64,000 bases of DNA, from NCBI GenBank assembly GCA_964291625.2, contig OZ220089.1:2592001-2656000 (forward strand). Reading direction: 5' to 3'. Position numbers and translations under genes: made by a program. The notes below the pieces were generated by a model, which saw nothing but the letters and a program-made list of their open reading frames with translations, was not told the DNA's origin and did no database searches. Of this stretch, positions 51,595 to 63,511 are shown in pieces. Numbering within the stretch: position 1 is the stretch's first letter; every line of letters begins with the position of its first letter. Origin of the DNA: Candidatus Latescibacterota bacterium. GTDB taxonomy: Bacteria; Latescibacterota; UBA2968; UBA8231.

Positions 51595-52176
51595 ATGGTT
51601 TCCCGCGCATCCACATCCCGTCCCCCGCCTCCGGCGCTGCGCCGGTTCTTCGGGGCCATGGTGCGCCCCTGCTTCGCCAGCCTCGGACTCGGCGCGGGGG
51701 AGCTGGCCGACTACGTCACCGACCTGCTCGCCCGTTTTTCGCGCACCGACCAGCTCTACCGGGTCCGCGACAGCCGCGGACGGCCCCTGCACACCCTCAC
51801 CGACCTGCTGCTGGAGCTGATGGAGGAGTGGGGATCCGACCGGGCCTGGTCCTTCGACCGGGAGGTCGACCTGCGCCGCCACTGCGGCGACTACGCCCTC
51901 TTTCTGTCCGGCGTCTTCCGCCCCCACGTCGAGGCCGGCGGACACCTCTCCTACTACCTGAGGGAAGGGGGCGAGAGCTACCGGCTCGTGGGCGAGCACC
52001 TGCAGCTGGCGGGCGCCCGCCAGGCCCGCCTCTTCCGGGGCATGGCCGACCGCTTCGAGGAGCTGTCGGGGACCCTCGACTACCTGCGCAAGGTGCACAT
52101 GGCGCCGGCCCTGCACGGGCATCCGTACGGCGCCGCCCTCCGCGGCTTCGAGGTGGACGGCGCCGGAGAGTCCTGA
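51595..52176 (+). CDS. Conserved hypothetical protein
   Basis: 'ADYVTDLLARF', 'RRHCGDYALFLSGVF' and 'YYLREGGESY'; natural composition. Confidence 0.75.
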   Translation: MVSRASTSRPPPPALRRFFGAMVRPCFASLGLGAGELADYVTDLLARFSRTDQLYRVRDSRGRPLHTLTDLLLELMEEWGSDRAWSFDREVDLRRHCGDYALFLSGVFRPHVEAGGHLSYYLREGGESYRLVGEHLQLAGARQARLFRGMADRFEELSGTLDYLRKVHMAPALHGHPYGAALRGFEVDGAGES

Positions 52177-52231
52177 CCCCGGCGGGGCATCGGCCGCGGG
52201 GGACGCAGCGGCCCCGGCACGCCATCCACGG

Positions 52232-53302
52232 ATGACCCAGGTCCTGCCTCCCCTGCCGCGCATCACGCCGCGCGGCGTCCTCCTGACGGCGGCGGCCTGG
52301 CTGCTCTACACCGTCGCCTTCGAGATCTACTTCGCCGTCATGCTGGGGGCTCCCCTCGGCGCCTCCCTTCCAGGCCGCGCCATCGGCAGCGCCTGGATGG
52401 GGCTCTACAGCGTGCCCGTCTGGCTGGTCGTCATCCGGGGCCTCGACCGGTCCGCCTGGGGCTGGCGGGTCCTGGCCCACGCGATCCTCTGCCCGCTGTA
52501 CGTGGCCGCCAACTGGTACACCATGGACCTCATCTCCCGATGGATGTACGGCGCGCCGATCGCGCCCGCGGACCTGGTGATCTGGCAGTTGCTGGGGTTC
52601 GTGTTCACCTACATGGTGCAGTTCGGGCTGTTCCACATCGTCCGGGCCGGGCAGAAACTGCGCTGGCGTGAGAGCCGGCAGGCGGCGCTGGAGCGCCTGC
52701 TGCGCGAGCAGCAGCTGGCGGTCCTGCGGTCGCAGCTGAACCCGCACTTCCTGTTCAACAGCCTGAACACGATCAGCGCCGTCCTCGGCCAGGACGCCGA
52801 GAAGGCGCGCCGGCTGATCGCCCGACTGGGAGACGTGCTGCGCTACGCCGTCGATTCCGTGGAGCGGGATACGGTTTCCCTGGCCGAGGAGTGGGCGCTG
52901 ACGCGCAGCTACCTCGAGGTCGAGCAGGCGCGTCTCGGGGAGCGGCTCGAGGTGCTGGCGGAGATGGCCGGTCCTGTCCTCACGTCCGAGGTGCCTCCCA
53001 TGATCCTGCAGCCGCTGGTGGAGAACGCCATCGTCCACGGCGTCGCTCCCCTTCCCGAGGGCGGGCGCCTGCGGGTCTCGGCGGATCAGGCGGCGGACCG
53101 GGTGGTGCTCGCGGTGAGCAACACCGGGGCGGTCGTTGCGGGCGATGCCGCCCTCTGGGAGTCCCGGGGCACCGCCCTCAGGAACATCCGGACCCGCCTG
53201 CGGACCCTGTACGGGGACGGGGCGGAGTTGCGGTTGTCGTCACCGGCCGCGGGTGGATTCGAGGCGGTGGTTCGCCTGCCGGCCAGGGGCTCGCATGACT
53301 GA
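52232..53302 (+). CDS. LytS-family sensor histidine kinase
   Basis: TM N-terminus; 'LRSQLNPHFLFNSLNTI' and 'ILQPLVENAIVHG'. Confidence 0.92.
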   Translation: MTQVLPPLPRITPRGVLLTAAAWLLYTVAFEIYFAVMLGAPLGASLPGRAIGSAWMGLYSVPVWLVVIRGLDRSAWGWRVLAHAILCPLYVAANWYTMDLISRWMYGAPIAPADLVIWQLLGFVFTYMVQFGLFHIVRAGQKLRWRESRQAALERLLREQQLAVLRSQLNPHFLFNSLNTISAVLGQDAEKARRLIARLGDVLRYAVDSVERDTVSLAEEWALTRSYLEVEQARLGERLEVLAEMAGPVLTSEVPPMILQPLVENAIVHGVAPLPEGGRLRVSADQAADRVVLAVSNTGAVVAGDAALWESRGTALRNIRTRLRTLYGDGAELRLSSPAAGGFEAVVRLPARGSHD

Positions 53303-54011
53303 GGAGACCACCGCTCTCATCGCCGACGACGAGGCCCCCGCCCGCGAATTGCTGGCCGAGTATCTCGGGCGCTTCCCGCAGATCCGCATCGTGGCGGTCT
53401 GCGCCGACGGGGCCCAGGCCGTGCGAGAGATCGACCGCCACCGGCCCTCCCTGGCCTTCCTCGACATCCACATGCCGGCGCCGACCGGTCTGGAGGTGCT
53501 GACGCGGGTCCGCCACCTCCCCCGGGTGGTCTTTACCACCGCTCACCCCGAGTTCGCCGTCCAGGCCTTCGAGGTCAACGCCGTCGACTACCTGCTGAAG
53601 CCGTACGACTTCGAGCGCTTCGTGGCCGCCGTCGACAAGGCCCTGAAGGCGTCCCACGGCAGCGAGCTGGATCGCCTGGTCTCCCTGCTTCACGATGCTC
53701 GGAGGCGGGAGGCGCCCGGACAGCTCTTCCTCAAGGTTTCGGGGAGAATCGTCGCCGTTGCCGTCGACCAGGTCCGCTGGCTCCAGGCCGAGGGCGACTA
53801 CACCCGCGTCCACACCCGGGGCGGGTCCCACTTCGTCAGCGAGGGTCTGGGCGGCCTGGAGGCGCGGCTCGACCCCGGCCGGTTCATGCGCGTCCACCGG
53901 TCCGCCATAGTCGCCATCGAGGCCCTCCGGGAGCTGACCAGCGACGGCGACGGAGGCTACGTGGCCCGCCTCGACGACGACACCGAGGTGAGGGTCTCGC
54001 GAACCCACGCG

Positions 54012-54038
<27 letters not shown>
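53295..54038 (+). CDS. LytTR-family response regulator
   Basis: REC 'IADDE..FLDIHMP..FTTA..DYLLKP' and LytTR 'FMRVHRSAIV..VSR'. Confidence 0.93.
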
Positions 54039-55804
<1,766 letters not shown>

Positions 55805-55955
55805 GGTCCAGGGCGCCGAAGGGAGGTGCGGACGATCGATCCAAGGGGGTTTCCGCCGGTGCGCCCCCTGGACCTGGACCCTACCTTTTCGACCTTCGAG
55901 GGTTGATTGAGCCGGGCCCGAGCCTGCCTGGGCCCGCAACGAGAGGAGGACATCG

Positions 55956-57638
55956 GTGCTGAGACTGATCGCCTTCTTCCTCGAGCACCGCGGGCGGCGC
56001 CGGGGCATCGTGCGGCTCCTGTGGGTGCTCTCCGCCTTCGTCCTCACCATCATCCTCTACAGTGTCCTCTTCCACCTGCTCATGCTCGAGGAGGGCAAGT
56101 ACTTCTCCTGGTTCGACGGGGTGTACTGGACGCTCACCACGATGTCCACCACAGGCTTCGGGGACATCACCTTCGAGGCCGTTCCCGGGCGGGTCTTCAC
56201 CGCAATCGTGCTCGTCAGCGGCACGCTCTTCATGCTGATCCTGCTGCCCCTCACCTTCCTGCAGTTCTTCTGGATGCCGTACATGGAGGCCCAGGCCCTG
56301 AGGCGCCGCCCGCGCAAGCTCGACGCCGGCACCCGCGACCACGTCATCCTGGTGCAGCACGACGCCATGTCGATCGCCCTGATCGAACGGCTCGTGCAGT
56401 TCCAGTACTCGTACGTGCTGATCGAGCCCGACCCTGCCGAGGCCGCGCGCCTGGCCGACGAGGGGATCAACGTGATCCTCGGCGACCTCGACGATCCCAG
56501 GACCTACCGGGGGGCGCGGGTGGCCGATGCCGCCCTCGTGGTCGCCGCCCGCTCCGACGAGATGAACACGCAGATCGCCTCGACGGTGCGCGCCATCTCC
56601 GAGAGCACGCCGATCATCGGCACCGCCGACCTGACGGCCTCGGTGGACATTCTCGAGCTGGCGGGGTGCGACCACGTCCTGCAGCTGGGCGACCTGCTGG
56701 GCGAGTCCCTGGCGCGGCGCACCACGGCGGGAGACGCCATGGCCCACGTCATCGGCGAGTTCGGCCAGCTGCTGATCGCCGAGGCGACGACGACGAACAC
56801 GCCCATCGTCGGCCAGACCCTGGTCGAGGCGGACCTGCGCAGGAAGGTGGGGATCCACGTGATCGGCGTCTGGGAGCGGGGGCAGTTCCAGCCGGCGCGG
56901 CCGGAGACCCGCATCACCACCCAGACCGTCCTCGTCCTGGCCGCCGACCAGGGCCAGCTCTACCGCTACAACAGCCTTTTCGCCATCTACAACCAGTCCG
57001 CAGAGCCGGTGATCATCATCGGCGCCGGCCGTGTCGGCCGCGCCGTGGCCCGCTCCCTGGAGGAGCGCAACGTCGACTACTGCATCGTCGAGCGCGATCC
57101 GGAGGCCGCCGGCGACGCCGGAAAGATGGTGGAGGGCTCAGCGGCGGAGCTGGAGGTGTTGGAGGAGGCCGGCATCCGGACGGCGCCGGCCGCGGTCCTC
57201 ACCACCCGGGACGACGACACCAACGTCTACCTGGCCATCTACTGCCGAAAGCTGCGGCCCGACATCCAGATCATCGCCCGGGCCAACCAGGAGCGGAACG
57301 TGCAGACCCTGCACCGGGCCGGCACCGACTTCGTCATGTCCTATCCGTCCATGGGGGCGCGGGAGATCACCAACCAGCTGCAGCGAAGCAGCACCCTCAC
57401 CATCGCCGAGGGACTGGGGGTGCTCCGGCTGCCGGTGCCCCGGGGCCTGGGCGGCACCAGTATTGCGGGGTCGGAGATCCGTCCGCGGACCGGGTGCTCG
57501 GTGGTGGCGGTCAGCCGGGACGGCTCGACCAGCGTCAACCCGGATCCGACCGAGGCCCTGCCGCCGGGCGGCGAGATGATCCTGATCGCCACGGCCGAGG
57601 GCGAGCGCCTCTTCCTCAAGGAGTTCGGCGGGGACTGA
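55956..57638 (+). CDS. Potassium channel protein (Ion_trans_2 plus tandem TrkA-N/TrkA-C RCK domains)
   Basis: Pore signature 'TTMSTTGFGD' and RCK 'IIGAGRVG'. Confidence 0.9.
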   Translation: MLRLIAFFLEHRGRRRGIVRLLWVLSAFVLTIILYSVLFHLLMLEEGKYFSWFDGVYWTLTTMSTTGFGDITFEAVPGRVFTAIVLVSGTLFMLILLPLTFLQFFWMPYMEAQALRRRPRKLDAGTRDHVILVQHDAMSIALIERLVQFQYSYVLIEPDPAEAARLADEGINVILGDLDDPRTYRGARVADAALVVAARSDEMNTQIASTVRAISESTPIIGTADLTASVDILELAGCDHVLQLGDLLGESLARRTTAGDAMAHVIGEFGQLLIAEATTTNTPIVGQTLVEADLRRKVGIHVIGVWERGQFQPARPETRITTQTVLVLAADQGQLYRYNSLFAIYNQSAEPVIIIGAGRVGRAVARSLEERNVDYCIVERDPEAAGDAGKMVEGSAAELEVLEEAGIRTAPAAVLTTRDDDTNVYLAIYCRKLRPDIQIIARANQERNVQTLHRAGTDFVMSYPSMGAREITNQLQRSSTLTIAEGLGVLRLPVPRGLGGTSIAGSEIRPRTGCSVVAVSRDGSTSVNPDPTEALPPGGEMILIATAEGERLFLKEFGGD

Positions 57639-57671
57639 ACCACCCGGGCCGCCCTCGGGCGCAGGGGCGGG

Positions 57672-58046
57672 TCAGCGGCGGTTGGACTCCTGCTTGAGCC
57701 AGTAGCGGATGCCTCTGCCGGCGTGGGGCTCCCCCGCGTAGCGCGGAATCACGTGCAGGTGGGCGTGGAAGACCGTCTGTCCGGCCACGGCGCCGCAGTT
57801 CCATCCCAGGTTGTATCCCTGCGGGCTGTGCCGGGCATCGAGGAAGGCCCTGACCTCGGCCAGGAGTGAGAAGGCCGAGGTGATCTCTTCCGGTGTGAGT
57901 TCGAAGACCGACGGCCGATGGGCTCTCGGGACGATGACCCCGGACCCTTGCAGGATCGGGTGCTTCAGATCGATGGAGAGACTCGATCCGTTCTCGAGCG
58001 GTGTGGGTTGGTCCTGGACCAGGGGGGGACAGAAGGGACAGCTCAC
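57672..58046 (-). CDS. HIT family hydrolase
   Basis: 'CPFC' and 'GYNLGWNCGAVAGQTVFHAHLHVIPRY'. Confidence 0.9.
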   Translation of the reverse strand: MSCPFCPPLVQDQPTPLENGSSLSIDLKHPILQGSGVIVPRAHRPSVFELTPEEITSAFSLLAEVRAFLDARHSPQGYNLGWNCGAVAGQTVFHAHLHVIPRYAGEPHAGRGIRYWLKQESNRR

Positions 58047-58058
58047 GGCCGGCCGCCC

Positions 58059-59435
58059 TCAGCCTTCCCGCTTCAGCTCCGCGACGCTGTCGCGCACCGT
58101 CTCGACGAGCTGGTCCACGTGCTCGCCCTCCAGGGGCAGGGAGATGCTGCCCCCCGCCCGCCAGTAGATCCCCCGGTTCAGCAGGCGCAGGTGCAGCCAG
58201 CGCTGCAGCTGCGCGTCGTCGGCCGCCGCCTCGCGGTAGTTGCGCGGCGGCTTCTCCAGGAAGTAGACGCGGAAGATCGAGCCGGCCACGACCACGCAGG
58301 CCGCCAGGCCCAGCCCGGCGAAGGTCCGCTCCAGCCCCCGGGCCGCGGCCTGCGCCAGCTCCGAGATCCGCTCGTAGGCGGCGGGGGTCATCGTCTCCAG
58401 TGTGACCTTCCCCGCGGTCAGGGCGAAGGGGTTGGCGTTGAACGTCCCAGACTGCGGGATCCTCGCCCCCTCGCGGGGATCGTAGAGGGCCATGACCTCC
58501 TCGCGGCCCCCGAAGACGGCTCCCGGGGTGCCGCCGGCGATGACCTTGCCGAGGCAGGTGAGGTCGGGCCGCACGCCCAGGTGCTCCTGCACCCCTCCCG
58601 GCCCCATGCGGAAGCTGACGATCTCGTCGAAGATCAGGAGCGCCCCGGCCCGGTGGGTCGCCTCGCGCAGGCGCTCGAGGAAGCCCTCCTCGGGCAGGGC
58701 CAGCCCCGCCGCCGTGGACAGGGGATCGACGATGACGGCCGCGAGCCGGCTGCCGTGCTCGGCGAGCAGGGCCTCGACGGCGCCGGCGTCGTTGAAGGGC
58801 AGGACCACCACGTCCCCGAGGGCGGCCGAGGAGAGACCGGCCGTGGACGCCACGGAATGCGGGGTCTCGGCGGGACCCAGCTCCGGACCGACCGGCGGCA
58901 GGTAGCTGACCATGGCGTGATCGTCGACGCCGTGGAAGGCACCCTCGAACTTGGCCGTCCCCGTGCGCCCGGTGAAGGCGCGGGCGGCTCTCAGGGCGTT
59001 GATCACGGCCTCGGAGCCGGAGCTGCAGAACCGCAGCCTCTCCAGCGACGGCAGCCGCCGGCGGATGAGCTCCGCCATCTCGACCTCGAGGGCCGTGGGG
59101 CGGCTGAACCCGGTGCCCCGGCCCACGGCCTCCCGCAGGGCCGAGATCACGGCGGGATGGGCGTGCCCGAGGATGAGGGCGGTGTTGTTGTTGACGAAAT
59201 CCAGCAGCCGGTGGCCGTCGAGGTCGTGGAGCCACACGCCCTCGCCCCGCTCGGCGTACAGGGGGAAGGGAGGCATGTGCACGCCGGTGCGGGTGTTGCC
59301 GCCCGGCAGGCTGCCGGCGGCGCGGGCGAACATCGCCGCCGAGCGCGGGTTGCGCTCCGCGAAGAGGGCCTCCTCCTCGGCGCCGGCGGCGGCCAGCGCC
59401 GGGCGGTCGATCCTGCCGGCGGCGGCCCGGGTCAC
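58059..59435 (-). CDS. Class III aminotransferase (glutamate-1-semialdehyde aminomutase-like)
   Basis: 'LPGGNTR', 'RFCSSGSEA', 'FEGAFHG', 'LIFDEIVSFR' and 'PDLTCLGKVIAGG'. Confidence 0.88.
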   Translation of the reverse strand: MTRAAAGRIDRPALAAAGAEEEALFAERNPRSAAMFARAAGSLPGGNTRTGVHMPPFPLYAERGEGVWLHDLDGHRLLDFVNNNTALILGHAHPAVISALREAVGRGTGFSRPTALEVEMAELIRRRLPSLERLRFCSSGSEAVINALRAARAFTGRTGTAKFEGAFHGVDDHAMVSYLPPVGPELGPAETPHSVASTAGLSSAALGDVVVLPFNDAGAVEALLAEHGSRLAAVIVDPLSTAAGLALPEEGFLERLREATHRAGALLIFDEIVSFRMGPGGVQEHLGVRPDLTCLGKVIAGGTPGAVFGGREEVMALYDPREGARIPQSGTFNANPFALTAGKVTLETMTPAAYERISELAQAAARGLERTFAGLGLAACVVVAGSIFRVYFLEKPPRNYREAAADDAQLQRWLHLRLLNRGIYWRAGGSISLPLEGEHVDQLVETVRDSVAELKREG

Positions 59436-62008
59436 GGGGCTTCCTCCTCGGCGCCGCCGGCGGGCGCGTCCAGCCGCCGGATCCGTCCCGGGGGCGGCGG
59501 GGTCACCGTCCCCTGCCGGCCGGCGTAGCGGATCTGGGCGTCCACGATCTGCACCTCCGTGTTGGTCCACTCCACCTCGCGGTCGAAGAATCGGTCTCCC
59601 CGCACGACGATGTAGTCCTCGGCGGCCAGGGTGTAGGTGCGTTCCAGGTCGAGGTCGTGCTCGACCACCCGCCGGCCCTCGGGCCGCGACCGGTCGACGG
59701 CATAGGAGAGGCCCGCCACCTGCATGGGCCGCTCCTTGCCGTCGCGGACGTCGAACTCGAGGATGGCGAGGACCTCGGCGCCGGTGAGTTCGAAGGTGTA
59801 GAGCTCGTCGCGGAAGTTCATGCGGAAGATGGCGCCGATGGTGATCTCCCCTTCCTCCAGGGGCTGGCGGATGCCGTCGTTGTTCTGGAAGGCGATGTCG
59901 GCGCCGGTGGCGAAGAGGATGGAGTCGCAGAACCAGTTGCCGAGGGCGGTGTCGTACCAGGGCCCGGTGAGATCCTCGTTGGAGAGGGTCGAGGCCGCCG
60001 TGGCCACGGGAGGCACCGACTCGCACGCCGACGGGTCCCCTGCCCGCCAGAGGCCCGCCTCGTCCCGTTGCAGGCACAGCTCGTCGCCGCCGCCGAGGGC
60101 CACCTCGGCGCCGTCGATCCACACCGCCGCGGAGTCGAGCCCGGCCAAGGGGCCGGTGCGGTTCAGGCGGAAGGCGGAGAGGTTGTCGGTGAGGATCCGG
60201 GGGGCCGGTCCCGTGAGGTCGATGGTCAGCTCCATCGGGTTGGCCCACATGACCGCCCGCTCCATCCCCGCCCACTCGGTCTGCCCGTGGGCCGGCAGGA
60301 TGGCGGAGAGGAACAGGTGCCCGGGACGGGTCTCGTCCACCTGGGCCCGGGCGTACCAGGGCAGGGTGCGGCGGCCCTCGTGAACCCGGACCTCCGTGGG
60401 CCGACCCGCTCCTTCGGGGGTGCGCCAGCGCAGGCCGAGGACGGTGTTGCCGTCGTAGCGCTCGTCCTCCTCCACCTCGCTCAGCTTGAGGCTGAAGTCG
60501 AAGCCGCCGCGCCGCTGCTCGGCGCGCACGAGCACCCGGTGGCGCCCCGGCGTCAGGTGGATGGGCACTCGCTCGCAGGGCAGGAAGTGACGCCGCCGGC
60601 CGCGGAACCGGTGGACCTGCCGCCCGTCGATCCAGACCGTCAGTCCTTCGTCCGACCCGACCCACACCTCGGCGGGCTCGTCGCGGGGGGCGTCGAACTC
60701 GGCGTAGGCGTAGACCACGCAATGGGTCGGGTCGGAGAAGTGGCGGTCGAGGTCGATCCGGTCGTCGTGGAAGTAGACGGGTCCCGTCCAGCCGCCGGCG
60801 CCGGGGCGGGGCGTCACCGACGGATCGACGCCGGGGTCGGTGACCGCGGGGATCGGCCCCTTGAGGAGCCAGGTGCGGTTGCCCATGCCGTAGCGGGCGT
60901 TCTCGTCCTGGTGCTTCTTCTCGAAGCGGAGGACGAGGGCCTCGAGGTCGCCCCGCACCCGGATGCGGTCGAGGTCGGCCACGCCCAGGCCGCGGCGCTG
61001 CCCCAGCTGCAGGAACTCCATGTCGGCGGGGTTCAGGCCCATCAGGCGCGCGGCCACGGCGTCGACGGCGAGCGGGTCGGGGCCGGCCAGGATCGTGTTG
61101 ACGCGCACGGGGATCCCGCCCTCTTTGCGGATCCGTTCCCGCTGCATGCCGACGATGGCGTCGACCACGGCGAAGTCGACGCCGGCCACGCCGGCGAGGT
61201 CGACGATCGTTTCGTCGAGGGTTTGGGGCGCGTGCCACAGGCCGGGGCTGCCCGATTCCGGCGGCCAGCCTCTCAGCTTCGGCCAGCCGTACTTCAGACC
61301 CGGGGCGATGCCGATCAGGTTCTTCAGGGCCACGGTCATGCCCACGGCGCCGGTGATCTTCAGCACCGGCACGCTGATCAGGACCGATGCCTCCCGCACC
61401 GTCCGCGGCACCCAGTAGGTCGGGGCCGCCAGCGCCCCTCCCGGCGGCTCCACCTCGACGGCGTCGTCGTAGTTGAGGTCGACGATGCGCAGGTCGGCCC
61501 CCGCCAGGTCGGGGTCGCTGAGCAGGGCGCGGTACCCGGCCGCCTCGAAGCCGTCGCCGACCTCCACCTGGTCGAGCTGCCGGATCAGGTCGGCGCGCTC
61601 GGGCGGGATCCAGACGCCGCCCTCGGCGATCGTCAGCCGCGCGCCGGGCGCCCATTCGTGGACCGCCTCGAGGACCGCCTTGACCACGCGCCAGTCGGTG
61701 ATGTCGCCCCGCACGTGCTCGACGTGCACGATGTTGACCTTGCAGACCACGTCGACGACGCCGTCGGGCCCCGGCTTCGCGGCCCGGACCAACTCGCGCA
61801 GTCCGGCCTGCTCCACGGCGGCGCGCACCATGGGGCGGACGTGGGCGGCGTAGTCGAGGGGACGGTCGGGGGGCGCCGGCGCCGGCAGGCCGGCGTCGTC
61901 GGAGCGCACCACGGAGACCACCGGCCCGGCGGAGGGCCAGGCGGCCGCGGCCATCGCCAGGACCAGGGCCGTGCTCGGGCCGAGGATCCGGGCGGCGGCC
62001 GGCCTCAT
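59432..62008 (-). CDS. Secreted DUF362-domain protein fused to a beta-sandwich and a 5'-nucleotidase C-terminal domain
   Basis: Signal peptide; DUF362 'KVNIV..TDWRVV..IAEG..ISVPVLK..MTVALKNLIG..VVDAIVG..DPLAVD'; C-terminal 'LGNWFCD..DIAFQNNDGIR..GEIT..LTGAEV..LE..QVAGL'. Confidence 0.78.
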   Translation of the reverse strand: MRPAAARILGPSTALVLAMAAAAWPSAGPVVSVVRSDDAGLPAPAPPDRPLDYAAHVRPMVRAAVEQAGLRELVRAAKPGPDGVVDVVCKVNIVHVEHVRGDITDWRVVKAVLEAVHEWAPGARLTIAEGGVWIPPERADLIRQLDQVEVGDGFEAAGYRALLSDPDLAGADLRIVDLNYDDAVEVEPPGGALAAPTYWVPRTVREASVLISVPVLKITGAVGMTVALKNLIGIAPGLKYGWPKLRGWPPESGSPGLWHAPQTLDETIVDLAGVAGVDFAVVDAIVGMQRERIRKEGGIPVRVNTILAGPDPLAVDAVAARLMGLNPADMEFLQLGQRRGLGVADLDRIRVRGDLEALVLRFEKKHQDENARYGMGNRTWLLKGPIPAVTDPGVDPSVTPRPGAGGWTGPVYFHDDRIDLDRHFSDPTHCVVYAYAEFDAPRDEPAEVWVGSDEGLTVWIDGRQVHRFRGRRRHFLPCERVPIHLTPGRHRVLVRAEQRRGGFDFSLKLSEVEEDERYDGNTVLGLRWRTPEGAGRPTEVRVHEGRRTLPWYARAQVDETRPGHLFLSAILPAHGQTEWAGMERAVMWANPMELTIDLTGPAPRILTDNLSAFRLNRTGPLAGLDSAAVWIDGAEVALGGGDELCLQRDEAGLWRAGDPSACESVPPVATAASTLSNEDLTGPWYDTALGNWFCDSILFATGADIAFQNNDGIRQPLEEGEITIGAIFRMNFRDELYTFELTGAEVLAILEFDVRDGKERPMQVAGLSYAVDRSRPEGRRVVEHDLDLERTYTLAAEDYIVVRGDRFFDREVEWTNTEVQIVDAQIRYAGRQGTVTPPPPGRIRRLDAPAGGAEEEAP

Positions 62009-62742
62009 TCGGCGTCGTAGTCGGTGAGGGGCCGCATCCAGATGTTGCGGAAGCGCGTGGGGTTGCCGTGGTCCTGCAGCTTCAGGGGGCCTTCCTCGTC
62101 GTGGGGCGAGGCGTAGGAGCTGGTGTTGCGGTGGCCCGTGGGGCCCATCGCCTCCTGGCGGTGGTGCAGCAGAAGGCCGTTGTGGAACAGGGTGAGGCGC
62201 GCCGGCTCCACCAGCCAGCCCTCGTCCCACCGCGGGGTCTCGAAGATGAGGTCGAAGGACTGCCACTCCCCGGGCGGGCGGCAGGCGTTCACGAAGGGCG
62301 GGAACTGGCCGTAGATCGAGCCGGCGCCGCCGTCGGCGTAGGTGGGGTTGTCGTAGCCGTCGAGGACCTGGATCTCGTAGAGCCCCATGAGGAAGACGCC
62401 GCTGTTGCCGCGGCCCTGGCTCTCGCCGACCACCTCGGACGGGGTCGCCCACTCGAGGTGGAGCTGGCAGTCCGCGAAGCGCTTGACGGTCTGCACGTCC
62501 CCGGTGCCGGGGACGACCTCCAAGTGGCCGTCCTCCACCTTCCAGGCCGCTTCCTCCCCCGGGTCACGGGCGCTCTCCCACTCGGACAGGCCGGTGCCGT
62601 CGAAGAGGACCACCGCGTCGGAGGGCGGCCCCCCCGGCGCGGCGGCGGGGGTGACGATGCGGGGATGCGGGCGCCGGCTGTCGTGGACGCGCCAGGGCTG
62701 TCCCGGAATCAGGTCGGTGTCGTCGTATCCAAGGCTTGCCAT
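62005..62742 (-). CDS. DUF1080 (3-keto-disaccharide hydrolase) family protein, copy 2
   Basis: 'PPSDAVVLFDG', 'QLHLEW', 'GNSGVF', 'YEIQVLD' and 'LQDHGNPTRFRNIW'. Confidence 0.9.
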   Translation of the reverse strand: MASLGYDDTDLIPGQPWRVHDSRRPHPRIVTPAAAPGGPPSDAVVLFDGTGLSEWESARDPGEEAAWKVEDGHLEVVPGTGDVQTVKRFADCQLHLEWATPSEVVGESQGRGNSGVFLMGLYEIQVLDGYDNPTYADGGAGSIYGQFPPFVNACRPPGEWQSFDLIFETPRWDEGWLVEPARLTLFHNGLLLHHRQEAMGPTGHRNTSSYASPHDEEGPLKLQDHGNPTRFRNIWMRPLTDYDAE

Positions 62743-62767
62743 CGATCCTCCTTCAGGCCTCCCGGCC

Positions 62768-63502
62768 TCATTCGGCGTCGTAGTCGGTGAGCGGCCGTAT
62801 CCAGATGTTGCGGAAACGCATGGGGCCGTGGTCCTGCAGCAGCAGGGGGCCTTCCTCGCCGTGAGGGGAGGCGTAGGAGCTGGTGTCGAGGTGGACCGTG
62901 GGGCCCATCGCCTCCTGGCGGTGGTGCAGGAGAAGGCCGTTGTGGAGGACGGTGAAGCGCGCCGGTTCCACCAGCCAGCCCTCGTCCCAGCGGGGGGTCT
63001 CGAAGAAGATGTCGTAGGACTGCCACTCCCCGGGCGGGCGGCAGGCGTTCACGAAGGGCGGGAACTGGCCGTAGATCGAGCCGGCGGCGCCGTCGGCGTA
63101 GGTGGGGTTGTCGTAGCCGTCGAGGATCGAGATCTCGTAGAGCCCCATGAGGTAGACGCCGCTGTTGCCGCGGAGCTGGCAGTCGCCGGTGACCTCGGCC
63201 GGCGCCGCCCACTCCAGGTGAACCTGGCAGTCCCCGAAGCGCTTGACCGTCTGTATGTCTCCCGTGCCGGGCACGACCTCCACGTGGCCGCTCTCCACCT
63301 TCCAGCCCGCCGCCTCCCCCGGGTTGCCGGCGCTCTCCCACTCGGACAGGTCGGTGCCGTCGAAGAGCACCACCGCGTCGGAAGGCGGCCGCCCCGGCTC
63401 GGCGCCGGGGGTGACGACGCGGGGCTGCGGACGCCCGCTGTCGTGAACGCGCCAGGGCTGCCCCGGAAGCATGGCGGTGTCGTCGAATATCAGCCTCGCC
63501 AT
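62768..63502 (-). CDS. DUF1080 family protein, copy 1 (close tandem paralog)
   Basis: Same motifs as the neighbouring copy, with long identical nucleotide stretches. Confidence 0.9.
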   Translation of the reverse strand: MARLIFDDTAMLPGQPWRVHDSGRPQPRVVTPGAEPGRPPSDAVVLFDGTDLSEWESAGNPGEAAGWKVESGHVEVVPGTGDIQTVKRFGDCQVHLEWAAPAEVTGDCQLRGNSGVYLMGLYEISILDGYDNPTYADGAAGSIYGQFPPFVNACRPPGEWQSYDIFFETPRWDEGWLVEPARFTVLHNGLLLHHRQEAMGPTVHLDTSSYASPHGEEGPLLLQDHGPMRFRNIWIRPLTDYDAE

Positions 63503-63511
63503 GGTCCGTCT

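Noticed and set aside
58059-59435. Calling the class III aminotransferase hemL
   Set aside because: It has HemL-like motifs but no tetrapyrrole gene context and diverged substrate motifs, so I left it at family level.
58059-62452. ORF-track entries of 1198 aa (58059-61655) and 1006 aa (59432-62452) as giant fusions
   Set aside because: Their N-terminal extensions are Arg/Pro/Gly-rich off-frame readings of upstream genes. The real starts are 59435 and 62008.
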